Source of the DNA: a virus
Taxonomy: Duplodnaviria > Caudoviricetes
Length of the DNA stretch: 64,000 nt
Strand: one strand, 5' to 3'
Virus record (IMG/VR): IMGVR_UViG_3300031998_000004
Positions 49,582 to 58,583 of this stretch are shown in pieces (position 1 is the stretch's first letter; each line of letters starts with the position of its first letter). The translations under genes and the position numbers were made by a program. A model generated the notes under the pieces. The model was not told the origin of the DNA. It searched no databases and worked only from the letters and a program-made list of their open reading frames with translations.

Positions 49582-50021
49582 TAGTCCTCCTCAGCTACTG
49601 GCGTACCATCGGGATAGACCGCTTCTATCCAATCCCCTTCCGCGTATGCGTGATCCCATATAGGAGTCTTATCGCGCATGTCCTTTGGGAGAGTTATTGT
49701 TTTTTCTTCCCCATCTACCTTCATGTGAAACTTATCCCACATCTCAAGAAGAACCCCATATTTATAAAGATCGACGTATGCTACTTTAAGATCGTGTTTA
49801 ATTGCTTCCAATCGTTCATCAATCCACTCCTCTGGGGATCCTTCATAGTCCGGGTCCATAAACTTCTGTGGCTCGGTCATATACGCGAGTTTATAAAGAG
49901 CATTCTCTGCTTCTTCCATACCTTTCTTTGTTTCATCAATCGCGTCTTCAAGCTCTCCGCGAGTCTTAAATGACTCACCATAAAAACTATAAGGAGCTAG
50001 TACGTGCATCTCTATACTCAT
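49578..50021 (-). CDS. hypothetical protein
   Basis: ATGA-coupled ORF. Confidence 0.6.
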   Translation of the reverse strand: MSIEMHVLAPYSFYGESFKTRGELEDAIDETKKGMEEAENALYKLAYMTEPQKFMDPDYEGSPEEWIDERLEAIKHDLKVAYVDLYKYGVLLEMWDKFHMKVDGEEKTITLPKDMRDKTPIWDHAYAEGDWIEAVYPDGTPVAEEDY

Positions 50022-50404
50022 AATCCGAAAAATTTATTTAATATAATATTGAATAGATTCTGGTCATCGTAGTACATACAAAAAGTAGAGCCGATATCTT
50101 CGCGTACCCCATCCTTCTCTTGCCAAAAATCTACTTCGATAAACGGATCTTCCATCTCCGTCTTAACATCTTTCATCACCCCTTCACCGTACACCTCTAC
50201 ACAAGAGATAACATGGATGGTCTGTCCCGGTTCATCATGTCTTTGTCCGTTAACTACTACAACACTACCCGGAGTGTGAACTTCTCTTTCTACTCGCCAG
50301 GCAAGTTTCTCCGCATCTTTGACAAAATCGTCTTCTGCCAGTCTCCCTTCTATAAATTTAAGGAAGTCTTCTTTTGTTGGTCTTACTGTTACTTGTTCAT
50401 CCAT
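50018..50404 (-). CDS. hypothetical protein
   Basis: Coupled ORF. Confidence 0.6.
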   Translation of the reverse strand: MDEQVTVRPTKEDFLKFIEGRLAEDDFVKDAEKLAWRVEREVHTPGSVVVVNGQRHDEPGQTIHVISCVEVYGEGVMKDVKTEMEDPFIEVDFWQEKDGVREDIGSTFCMYYDDQNLFNIILNKFFGL

Positions 50405-50405
50405 A

Positions 50406-50708
50406 TTACTTCGGGAAATATTGTTTATATTCGAGTTTCATATGTCCGTAGACCTTATCGGAAAACTCCTTTCTCCACTCACTATCTCCTATCTTATCAA
50501 AGAATCTCTGGCTGTAATCAATATAACTCTCTACCATAGCATAGAACCTGCTATTGTGTAAAGCTTCTGTTGCTTCCTCTATACTATCAAATACTGATCT
50601 ACCATTATCACTTACAAAGAGTTTGTCATCAATAAATACCCTCCAAATGGTTGGAGTCCAATAACTTGTTGTGTTGCCATCTCTGGCCTGTTTCATGTTA
50701 AATTCCAT
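50406..50708 (-). CDS. hypothetical protein
   Basis: 100-aa ORF. Confidence 0.55.
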   Translation of the reverse strand: MEFNMKQARDGNTTSYWTPTIWRVFIDDKLFVSDNGRSVFDSIEEATEALHNSRFYAMVESYIDYSQRFFDKIGDSEWRKEFSDKVYGHMKLEYKQYFPK

Positions 50709-50720
50709 GATATTATATAT

Positions 50721-51116
50721 TTAAGATTCATCTAATGTTAATCCTTTCTCTTCCATCTTCTCCACAAGGAGATAAAATAGATTGTAATCAATTCGGTTGA
50801 TATGAGCGCAGCTACCACACGTCTCACAGATATCACGACAGGTGAGTTCGTTCTCGGGTTTTCCAAGAGCTTCCGAGATTGCTTCCTTACCATATGCTAT
50901 ATGGTCTCCTTCACTATCTAGACAGAGTCCGTCTAGGTGTCTCCAAAAATTCCTACTACACCCACATCGCTGACTCTCAATAAGTACATCCCAGAACTGA
51001 GCTATCGTCTTGATACCCAACTTCTTACACATCTCAAGAAGGGTCTTCTTACATGTCTTATAAGAAGGACCTTTCTCAATATTACTTTTTATTACTTCTG
51101 TGAGATTGATATCCAT
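50721..51116 (-). CDS. Cys-rich hypothetical protein
   Basis: CGC, CRDICETCGSC. Confidence 0.55.
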   Translation of the reverse strand: MDINLTEVIKSNIEKGPSYKTCKKTLLEMCKKLGIKTIAQFWDVLIESQRCGCSRNFWRHLDGLCLDSEGDHIAYGKEAISEALGKPENELTCRDICETCGSCAHINRIDYNLFYLLVEKMEEKGLTLDES

Positions 51117-51151
51117 GATATTATATATTGAAACCTACAGGGTTTATTAAG

Positions 51152-51775
51152 CTACCATCTCTCTGCGAGAATTTTCTCTAGTTCTTTTCCTTCTTTTTTA
51201 GCGTACTGGTCTTCAATGTTTTCGTATTCATCTCGTTCGAATTCATTGTACATATTGGTTGCCTTTTCAACCCGAGGTTTTCTTGGTTCCTCTACATATC
51301 CAATAGCATTCTTACCATCGCCCCACCTAAACTGCAACCATCCTTCGTATTCTCCGTCATCCCATTTATAATCCTCAGGTATCTCGTCGGGACCACGAAA
51401 GAGCATGTCTTTGAGGATTAATTTATTGGTGCGGTTATCGTAGTTATAAAGTTTTTCCTCGCCCCACACCCAGGTCATGGTTTCACGATCTGCAAGCAGC
51501 CATCCCCAAGCCCTTTGTGTGGGTGTTTCAAAGACGTAGTTGGAGTCATAGTGCTTCTCCATCCACTTGAAGTGATCACGACGAGGAGCTTTATCAAAAG
51601 TACCACAGTATTCCTCGAAGAGCTCAATATGTGTTCGAGCTTCATCAGCGGTATCAAACTCTACCCTTTCTTCGTCACATACAACACTGTTTCTGGTCGG
51701 ATCCTTATAGTTCCAACCATAAATCTTATCTGCTTTCCTACCCCAGATGTTAGTTATTAGTATGTATCTTTTCAT
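51152..51775 (-). CDS. hypothetical protein
   Basis: 207-aa Trp-rich ORF. Confidence 0.6.
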   Translation of the reverse strand: MKRYILITNIWGRKADKIYGWNYKDPTRNSVVCDEERVEFDTADEARTHIELFEEYCGTFDKAPRRDHFKWMEKHYDSNYVFETPTQRAWGWLLADRETMTWVWGEEKLYNYDNRTNKLILKDMLFRGPDEIPEDYKWDDGEYEGWLQFRWGDGKNAIGYVEEPRKPRVEKATNMYNEFERDEYENIEDQYAKKEGKELEKILAERW

Positions 51776-52458
51776 TTGGATTCTTTATCTTTTCTAAAAC
51801 TAGTCTTCGGATCAAACCCATGAGAAAGTATCTTTTGCTCATCTGTCATCACTCGCAATCCATTTTTGTTGCCGTACAGATATCCATAAACATCATTTTT
51901 AACGTTGGATATTGACATTCCTGATTCTTTCCAATATCTGTATCCTTCCTCCCAGTAATTTTTATCGGACCTGGTTGCTTGTTTAACAAATTTAATTTTA
52001 TACTGTTCCATGAGGTCAAAAAAGTTTCCGACCTGAGATTGTAAAGATTTGAGCATAGTGTCACTTAATGCATGATCACCTTCTGCAATCTCCCACGGCC
52101 TAAGACTGTCTTCATTTTGATAAACTATATTCTCCCCGTATCTTATCAAGAACTTGAGAATGTAGTAAACGCCATTGTGATGAAAAGTCACAGTATACCA
52201 ATGCCTTTCGGTTGGTTTCTTACCAGTACTTTCATCAATCTTCTCTATAACCTTTTTGGTGTAATAAAATCCCAGAGGAGACTCTTTTCGAATTTCCTTT
52301 TCTACTGTTTTGATCTTGTTATTGTTCATCTCCTGTCCAGTGACATAGTTTCCAAGGACCGCAGTTCCTTCAGGACAGTGAGCAACAATAGACTTTTCGA
52401 TCTTCTCGATAGTTATGTTGTTTGCATTAAATAAACGCGTTACTTTTTCTTTCCACAT
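51772..52458 (-). CDS. hypothetical protein
   Basis: 228-aa ORF ending GFDPKTSFRK. Confidence 0.6.
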   Translation of the reverse strand: MWKEKVTRLFNANNITIEKIEKSIVAHCPEGTAVLGNYVTGQEMNNNKIKTVEKEIRKESPLGFYYTKKVIEKIDESTGKKPTERHWYTVTFHHNGVYYILKFLIRYGENIVYQNEDSLRPWEIAEGDHALSDTMLKSLQSQVGNFFDLMEQYKIKFVKQATRSDKNYWEEGYRYWKESGMSISNVKNDVYGYLYGNKNGLRVMTDEQKILSHGFDPKTSFRKDKESK

Positions 52459-52527
52459 ATTATGGCTATTTGAAATAGTTACTATTTTGGCAATTTGAAA
52501 TATTCAGACTCAGGTTGTTCGGTATGA

Positions 52528-52770
52528 TTATATTTCTATTTTTCTACCACATTTAGGGCAAATGATAATTTTTGCCATGTATGTTTCACCCACATAGGAT
52601 ATAACCCCATAGCATCTCTCTTCTGTCTTGATATCTGATTCATTATATTTAACATATGAACCACAATCATAACATTTCACAACATTGTTAATTACCTTTG
52701 CCATAACTAAATCGAAATAATTATTTAAACCAATTATAGGAGCGCTTGGCGTCAATCGGCCATATTTCAT
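52528..52770 (-). CDS. small zinc-ribbon protein (true start probably at the internal MAKVI)
   Basis: CYDCG...CPKCG. Confidence 0.55.
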   Translation of the reverse strand: MKYGRLTPSAPIIGLNNYFDLVMAKVINNVVKCYDCGSYVKYNESDIKTEERCYGVISYVGETYMAKIIICPKCGRKIEI

Positions 52771-53293
52771 CCAATATGTTTTTAAACAACGGAATATACT
52801 TTAATTTAGCACCATCAATAAAACGCCTTTCACCAATAGCAACTTCGCGAGCAACTGATGGCCATAAGCGATAAAATTTTTCCCATTCTTTGTTAGAACG
52901 TTTCATAGATGGTACACGAATGCGTTGGTGCCTATCATTTCTATCAAATTTGGAGTCATCCATAGCTAACTTTTCTCTGATTGAAGGGTAATCTCCTTCT
53001 TGAATGTCATAATCGGCAACCTTTTTGTATTCATGCTCGTAGCTGGGGGAATTTGGATTGATTACTTCAAGACAATATGGGTTATTCCACAATTCAAACT
53101 CTTCCTTAATGACTTTTTTTATTTCGTCCTCAAGAGTTTCTTGTGATTTCCGCATAAATTCTTCGTTATCGTCGTATTTAGTGAAAAAATTATCAGGTCT
53201 AAAAGACCTTTCTGCGGTTTTCATATAATTGTAATCAACCCCTTTATGATAAGGGTTGATTCTTCTTTGTGGGCGATATTTACTTCCTTGCAT
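52721..53293 (-). CDS. hypothetical protein
   Basis: 190-aa ORF; IRVPS.KRS...W..FY.LWP motif. Confidence 0.55.
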   Translation of the reverse strand: MQGSKYRPQRRINPYHKGVDYNYMKTAERSFRPDNFFTKYDDNEEFMRKSQETLEDEIKKVIKEEFELWNNPYCLEVINPNSPSYEHEYKKVADYDIQEGDYPSIREKLAMDDSKFDRNDRHQRIRVPSMKRSNKEWEKFYRLWPSVAREVAIGERRFIDGAKLKYIPLFKNILDEIWPIDAKRSYNWFK

Positions 53294-53326
53294 AAGGCAA
53301 ACGAGCGTAAAGATTATATACTCTTA

Positions 53327-54163
53327 TTATAACGTTCCGTTAAATTCTTTCTCCGCAGTCTTCTTTTCGAGCAGAGCCTTTCGCTCTTCAGCACTCTCCA
53401 GTGCACGGAAGTCACAAGTCTTGATCTTCGTCATGATCCTACCACCGTTCCTCTTCAGTAATCCAAGAGGCATCTTGAGAACCAAACCTTCAGCATCATA
53501 GTCTTTGTTCTGTGCGATGGTAGACTTGAAGCCTTTTTTGACATACTCGATGGCTTCGTCAATGGTGAAGTAACCGATCACGGGCACAATATCCATACCA
53601 AGTCGCCCCGCAATATCTTCAAGAGACTCACGCTCAAGCCAGAACTTACCGATCTGGATATCGAAGAGTCGGAAGTCTACATCGTCCTTGATATAGTTTC
53701 CACCCTTCTGAATACCAGCACCATAACCTTCACCATAGAGAATGATAGTGTCAGTAGGACCTACACCATCGCGAGTGAAGACCTCAACGAGCTTCTCGAC
53801 CGGCCACTTCTCATAGATATTCTTCAAGAGCTTGTCATTGAGTTGTGCTTTAGTGGTCTTACCGTGGACCTCCATTTTATATTCATATTTAGGAGAACCA
53901 CCATTAGGATCAACTGGACCTATTTCAGGAATAATATAGATACTCATATTCGTACCATCTACTTTTTCGGTACACTCAAACTTGATTCCGGTCTTCCTTG
54001 CCCAGTCGAATACCGGATCAACAAGGGATTCATCAGGACGGATACAGTTGTAGTAAGGGGAGGTTTTGTCCATCTCCCTCTTAAAACAAGTGTCAATATG
54101 TGGATAAGTCCTGTGAAGTGCTTCAGATACTGTGTTATTCATCTTCTTTACAAATTTTTTCAT
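53327..54163 (-). CDS. RNA ligase (Rnl2 family)
   Basis: Motifs EKVDGTN, LYGE, LFDI, EGLV and KIK. Confidence 0.82.
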   Translation of the reverse strand: MKKFVKKMNNTVSEALHRTYPHIDTCFKREMDKTSPYYNCIRPDESLVDPVFDWARKTGIKFECTEKVDGTNMSIYIIPEIGPVDPNGGSPKYEYKMEVHGKTTKAQLNDKLLKNIYEKWPVEKLVEVFTRDGVGPTDTIILYGEGYGAGIQKGGNYIKDDVDFRLFDIQIGKFWLERESLEDIAGRLGMDIVPVIGYFTIDEAIEYVKKGFKSTIAQNKDYDAEGLVLKMPLGLLKRNGGRIMTKIKTCDFRALESAEERKALLEKKTAEKEFNGTL

Positions 54164-54368
54164 ACATTCGCTTTGACTGTTCTATAGCATCTGTCATTGT
54201 TCGAACAGTATCGCAATTTGACCAAATTAAAATAGCTCCAAAAAATATGAGGTCTTTTTCTGTTAGCATAGCTCCTATTTTTAGTTTATATTTAATTATC
54301 AAATTTCTTCGTAATCTTTAATCTTCGAATTCTGGAGGAAAAGATTCATTTATCATATTAAATATTTT

Positions 54369-54962
54369 TTATTTATCTTTTGAATCATCCAATACATATA
54401 TCTTATTCAGGTTTCTTCCTAGGCCATCATAGTCAAGTCCATAACCAACCACAAAATCATCGTCTATAACTATACCGATCATCCAGTGATCGAAATAATC
54501 TCCACGTAAGAAACCCCAGTGAGAAAAATCCGGATGTCTTTCTTTATATACTTCAATCTTAAAGAGAAGGGCTGCTGTGACTACATCTGCAGCACCGTAA
54601 CTACGGAAATAATTATTCAAGTAATCAATAGTGGCTCCTGTATCTATGATATCTTCTACTATAACTACCTTTCGTCCTCGTACTGTGTTGTCTGGATGCT
54701 TCTCAAACTTAATCTCTTCGCGTTCTGTTCCGTTATATGATTTAATCTTCACAGTATCAAAGAGAACGGGGAACTTGAGTTTGGTGAGCAGTGAAGCAGC
54801 GAACGGAACAGCACCGTTCAGGACAGTTACAAAAAGCACTGGTTCGGTTTCGTGTTTGAATTTTTCATTAAGTGCAGCTGCCACATTCCTTGTTGCTTCT
54901 TCAATATGTGGGGTGGAAATAAGAGCTTTGAATGTCTTGTCTTTAAGTGTTACTCGTTTCAT
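54369..54962 (-). CDS. hpt: Hypoxanthine/guanine phosphoribosyltransferase
   Basis: VLNGA..F, SY.G, PRPP loop IVEDIIDTGAT, FVVGYGLDY...RNL. Confidence 0.9.
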   Translation of the reverse strand: MKRVTLKDKTFKALISTPHIEEATRNVAAALNEKFKHETEPVLFVTVLNGAVPFAASLLTKLKFPVLFDTVKIKSYNGTEREEIKFEKHPDNTVRGRKVVIVEDIIDTGATIDYLNNYFRSYGAADVVTAALLFKIEVYKERHPDFSHWGFLRGDYFDHWMIGIVIDDDFVVGYGLDYDGLGRNLNKIYVLDDSKDK

Positions 54963-55330
54963 GCCTGTCCCTCCTCGTTAAGCCAATCGTATAATTCTTG
55001 ACTTTCGTATATGGTGTCAAGATCATTATCTGAAAGTATAGTACTTAATAGATTCTCGTGTGTTGACTTATGTGTCATAATCAAGTCTTTTAGTTCGTTA
55101 AGTCCATCCTTAGAAATGGGTTCAAACCAACTCCCGTCCTTGAGTCTCACACCATAACGATAACTAGAATTGGAACGATCCCAAATCATGATAATATCGT
55201 TAACGTTAATAACTAATGTACTATCCTGTCCTCCGAGTCCATCAAACCCATCTTCTATCTCGACCCAAGGCCAATTTACTCTTTTGATATACTTCTTTCT
55301 CATATAATATAGTTTATTCTGTGTCTCCAA
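54959..55330 (-). CDS. hypothetical protein
   Basis: 123-aa ORF in the operon. Confidence 0.5.
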   Translation of the reverse strand: METQNKLYYMRKKYIKRVNWPWVEIEDGFDGLGGQDSTLVINVNDIIMIWDRSNSSYRYGVRLKDGSWFEPISKDGLNELKDLIMTHKSTHENLLSTILSDNDLDTIYESQELYDWLNEEGQA

Positions 55331-55928
55331 TTATCAATTCATGTGCGTATGGAAGCCCTTCAATCCATCTCAAGAACTCTCCCCAGTCCTCTTTCAACTT
55401 ATGTCCACGTCTCTGAAAGTATATAGTCTGAAGTTGTTTGTAGTTAGTTGAGCACCTCTCCCACATCTCAAGTCCGGCAGGACAGTTACTTACAACTCTC
55501 ATCCATGCTTCGTACTGATCTTCTGGAGTTCCTGAATCACAAACGATATTATAATCTGTAATTAGTTTTTTCATTTGGAGAACAGATACTGCAGTGACAT
55601 ACTTATTACAACATTTGGTGAAATCCATCTTGGTCAAGCGATGCATCTTCGACATGGAAGTGACTATATCCAAAAAGTGATAACGCTGCAATTCTGGAGA
55701 GATATACTGCGGATACTTGAGGTCAAATGAGACTCGGATTCCTGTTAGGAAATTATCGTGGCATTTCACAATACCATTTTTGCTTGCCTGGACTAATTTC
55801 TTTGCTCTTTCGAATGACTTCTGAAAATCTTCTTCGGAATAGTCAGAGAGCTCAAGTCGCATAGCATTACGGCACGCTATAATCGATTCTTTGAGGTCAT
55901 AAACTTTCGTATTTCGAATTTCTAGCAT
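55314..55928 (-). CDS. ThyX-like (flavin-dependent thymidylate synthase fold) protein
   Basis: H..FL..I.V.F, ELQRYH.....S.S, NY..L..I..QR..H...EW layout; non-canonical RHRxxS motif. Confidence 0.5.
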   Translation of the reverse strand: MLEIRNTKVYDLKESIIACRNAMRLELSDYSEEDFQKSFERAKKLVQASKNGIVKCHDNFLTGIRVSFDLKYPQYISPELQRYHFLDIVTSMSKMHRLTKMDFTKCCNKYVTAVSVLQMKKLITDYNIVCDSGTPEDQYEAWMRVVSNCPAGLEMWERCSTNYKQLQTIYFQRRGHKLKEDWGEFLRWIEGLPYAHELIIGDTE

Positions 55929-55977
55929 AGGCCTATATAATTTATCATATTTTGGATTACTTGTGATTTAAACGAAT

Positions 55978-56781
55978 TTAAACGCATTTCTTGTCGTTCC
56001 AAATCCTGATATGGATTCGGTCGGAATATGACCATCCGTTGGCGAGTGCTGCTTCTGCTGTCTCAAGACACCTACCGGCTATCTGTTCCTGTGTAACTCC
56101 TTCAGGCATCAACCAAGTGTTTTTGTTGGGATTGTTTCTCTGCCAATATTTAATTTCGTTGGTATCACCAAGATTAACAAATTTAGATATTTTGGAGTAT
56201 ATATCCTGTATCTCATCAATACACTCAGGACCACTATAGACAAACTTAAACTGATAAGGAACGCCGCTTGTAATTACATTAAAGAGGTTCTTATAATTGA
56301 TTCTCAATTCATCATGTCTCTTTGCTTGTTCTTCTGTAAGGAATTTATGTGCTGTGTCCACACTGGTTGCGAGTTTTGGAGATACACTATAAAGAGAAAT
56401 CTTAAACCCTTTTGTCAGTGGACCAAAAACAGGGAATGTTCCGTTTGTCTCAATAGTTACGATCCAATCATTTTTAATCTGGAATATATCGGTCAAAAAA
56501 TCCTTTAATCCCTCTCTCTGTAGAAACGGCTCACCACCAGTAATAACAATATGTGTGGTGCGGGGATGTTCTTTTGAAATCTTTATAAAAGCATCAATCA
56601 AGTCTTGCTCGTTTGAGTAAATTGGTTTCTCTGGGTGGAAAGAACTGTACGCGGTATCACAAATAGAATCCTTAAATACACATCTAAGATTACAGCCTGT
56701 GGTTCTTACGAAGATTGAAGGTACTCCCATGTACCTTCCTTCACCCTGAATTGAATGAAATAACTCTATGATATTCAACAT
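55978..56781 (-). CDS. queE: 7-carboxy-7-deazaguanine synthase (radical SAM)
   Basis: E.F.SIQGEG...G.PS.FVR..GCNLRC...CDT, ITGGEP, IETNG, SVSPK, R.H..IW. Confidence 0.9.
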   Translation of the reverse strand: MLNIIELFHSIQGEGRYMGVPSIFVRTTGCNLRCVFKDSICDTAYSSFHPEKPIYSNEQDLIDAFIKISKEHPRTTHIVITGGEPFLQREGLKDFLTDIFQIKNDWIVTIETNGTFPVFGPLTKGFKISLYSVSPKLATSVDTAHKFLTEEQAKRHDELRINYKNLFNVITSGVPYQFKFVYSGPECIDEIQDIYSKISKFVNLGDTNEIKYWQRNNPNKNTWLMPEGVTQEQIAGRCLETAEAALANGWSYSDRIHIRIWNDKKCV

Positions 56782-56782
56782 A

Positions 56783-57376
56783 TTACTTAAGTTTAATTTG
56801 CTGTTTAACGGAAGGATTAGTAATGTATTTGCCAGTACTAATAAAATCCCTCAATGTCTGCGACCAATCTCTCTTAACTCCCTCCGAGAATACTATTTCG
56901 TCTTCCCACTGGTCTAACCAGTTAATATCTTCATCAAACTGATCACACCTGGCCATACCAGTGACCGTCTCGTTATACTCTACTCCGATACAACGAATTG
57001 CACCCTCACCATTCTCAAACTGAGTATTGTCAAGAATCCTATTAATGTAATGCATGATGAAGATACTTAACATCTCTGCACTAGGGTTAAATGGAATAAG
57101 GATGTACCTGTCGTTGAACTTTTTGAAGAACTCAACATACTCAGGATCGTCCTTTGTACAAATCAGGGCGCAGTGGTCCATAGAATCTATCCAAGAGCCA
57201 ATAGTATTTTTCATTAATCCAAAGTCCATCAACATCTGTGCATTATCAAGCTGACGACCTTCAAAGAACACATCAATCACGGCACTATGACCATGATGTG
57301 AATGAGAACAGCGATAAGAACTACATGATCTAACAATATGAGAACTTTCACAACGGTAACGTTTTCTGATTATCAT
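56783..57376 (-). CDS. queD: 6-carboxy-5,6,7,8-tetrahydropterin synthase
   Basis: H.V...C...HGHS, MDFG.MK, DH, NPSAE, ET motifs. Confidence 0.88.
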   Translation of the reverse strand: MIIRKRYRCESSHIVRSCSSYRCSHSHHGHSAVIDVFFEGRQLDNAQMLMDFGLMKNTIGSWIDSMDHCALICTKDDPEYVEFFKKFNDRYILIPFNPSAEMLSIFIMHYINRILDNTQFENGEGAIRCIGVEYNETVTGMARCDQFDEDINWLDQWEDEIVFSEGVKRDWSQTLRDFISTGKYITNPSVKQQIKLK

Positions 57377-57402
57377 AACATAAATATATTTGTAAAAATA
57401 TA

Positions 57403-57610
57403 TTAAATAATGTCTTTAACTTTATTTATCAATATATCTATGTCACAAGTAAATACTTCCATCCAATTGAGATTATGATCTTTGGCCCATTGTCTTTTTA
57501 TGGGATCTCTTTCAGTCCATGTTTTTATTTTATCATGATAATTTTTCTTATATAAACGAATTTGCACTAAATTGACCACGTTTAAGAGTTTTTATATCAG
57601 GTATAATCAT
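57403..57610 (-). pseudogene. Degraded homing endonuclease remnant
   Basis: Short start fragment MIIPDIKTLKRGQFSANSFI*, then an out-of-frame YKKNYHDKIKTWTERDPIKRQWAKDHNLNWMEVF..., typical of the C-terminus of Vsr/DUF559-type endonucleases. Confidence 0.6.
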
Positions 57611-57714
57611 ATAAATAAAAAATGTAACGTTCAATGTATCAATTGGTTATATTAAAATAATAATTTAAAATTTAGTGTCTTAAAATATTTGAAGTCCTTT
57701 TGTTATTTATATTC

Positions 57715-58152
57715 ATGAGTATATTTGATAATGACATAATAGAAAGACCCCTCCACGTAAGAGACGGATTTGACATTCGTATAGAGGAGTTTAATCGTCA
57801 TTGTTTTTATACATGGGTGTGGGAAAAGAAGGGAATTCATTGTTCTGGCGGTCATCCTGTTGGTGTTACATTACAGACCCTAACGGATGCCGTAACAGAC
57901 ACTTTGGGTGACCTCTCTGTGGATAACTTTGAAAAATGGATCACTGAAGCTCAGATTGGAGGACCCAAAATTGGAGCCGCAAAACACGCCATAAAATACT
58001 TCAAGAAACTCATTAAGAGAGAATATTGGAGGAGTCTGGGAGCCTTTGTAGAAAACGGAATCTTTGAATTTTACGTACGCGATGATGCGTTTGATGCCTG
58101 GGCTCTCCGGAGCGCTCTCCCTATTATGAGAATAATATTTTACAGAAAGTAA
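57715..58152 (+). CDS. hypothetical protein starting MSIFD
   Basis: ATG at 57715 preceded by TTATTTAT. Confidence 0.6.
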   Translation: MSIFDNDIIERPLHVRDGFDIRIEEFNRHCFYTWVWEKKGIHCSGGHPVGVTLQTLTDAVTDTLGDLSVDNFEKWITEAQIGGPKIGAAKHAIKYFKKLIKREYWRSLGAFVENGIFEFYVRDDAFDAWALRSALPIMRIIFYRK

Positions 58153-58583
58153 TGGGAATATTTGATGTAAAAGAAAATATCAAACGAGAGTTTACTGTTG
58201 GAGACGTGTATGATGTGGATGTGGTAGATCTCGGAATGTCAGGAACCCTCGATGATAACGCTCGTCTGGTTTTCAAAGGATATAGTCTTGATGAAGTGCT
58301 AGGCGAGATGAAACAAACCAAACTCAAGACATTTGAAAGGTTCTTTAAGAAACCCACTTGGATATGGATAAGTGATTTTAAGTTCATTACCCTAACAGGT
58401 TGGAGACTAAAACGGTGGCTAGGGAAGTGGGTGAAAAAGAGATATATCACTGATCCGGATAATCTTCGTACCGACGTTCTCGGTGCTATTAAAGGAGTAT
58501 ATGTGTATAACGGTGAGATTATAGAATGGGCCACCGAGGCTTGTTTTTGGTTTAGGTTTTGTAAAAAAGAAGCCGATTTCTAA
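58152..58583 (+). CDS. hypothetical protein starting MGIFD
   Basis: TAATG-coupled to the upstream gene. Confidence 0.6.
   Translation: MGIFDVKENIKREFTVGDVYDVDVVDLGMSGTLDDNARLVFKGYSLDEVLGEMKQTKLKTFERFFKKPTWIWISDFKFITLTGWRLKRWLGKWVKKRYITDPDNLRTDVLGAIKGVYVYNGEIIEWATEACFWFRFCKKEADF

Noticed and set aside
57377-57714. tRNA or structured ncRNA in the largest intergenic gap
   Set aside because: No cloverleaf or T-loop motif is visible. The gap is explained by an endonuclease remnant and divergent AT-rich promoter sequence.
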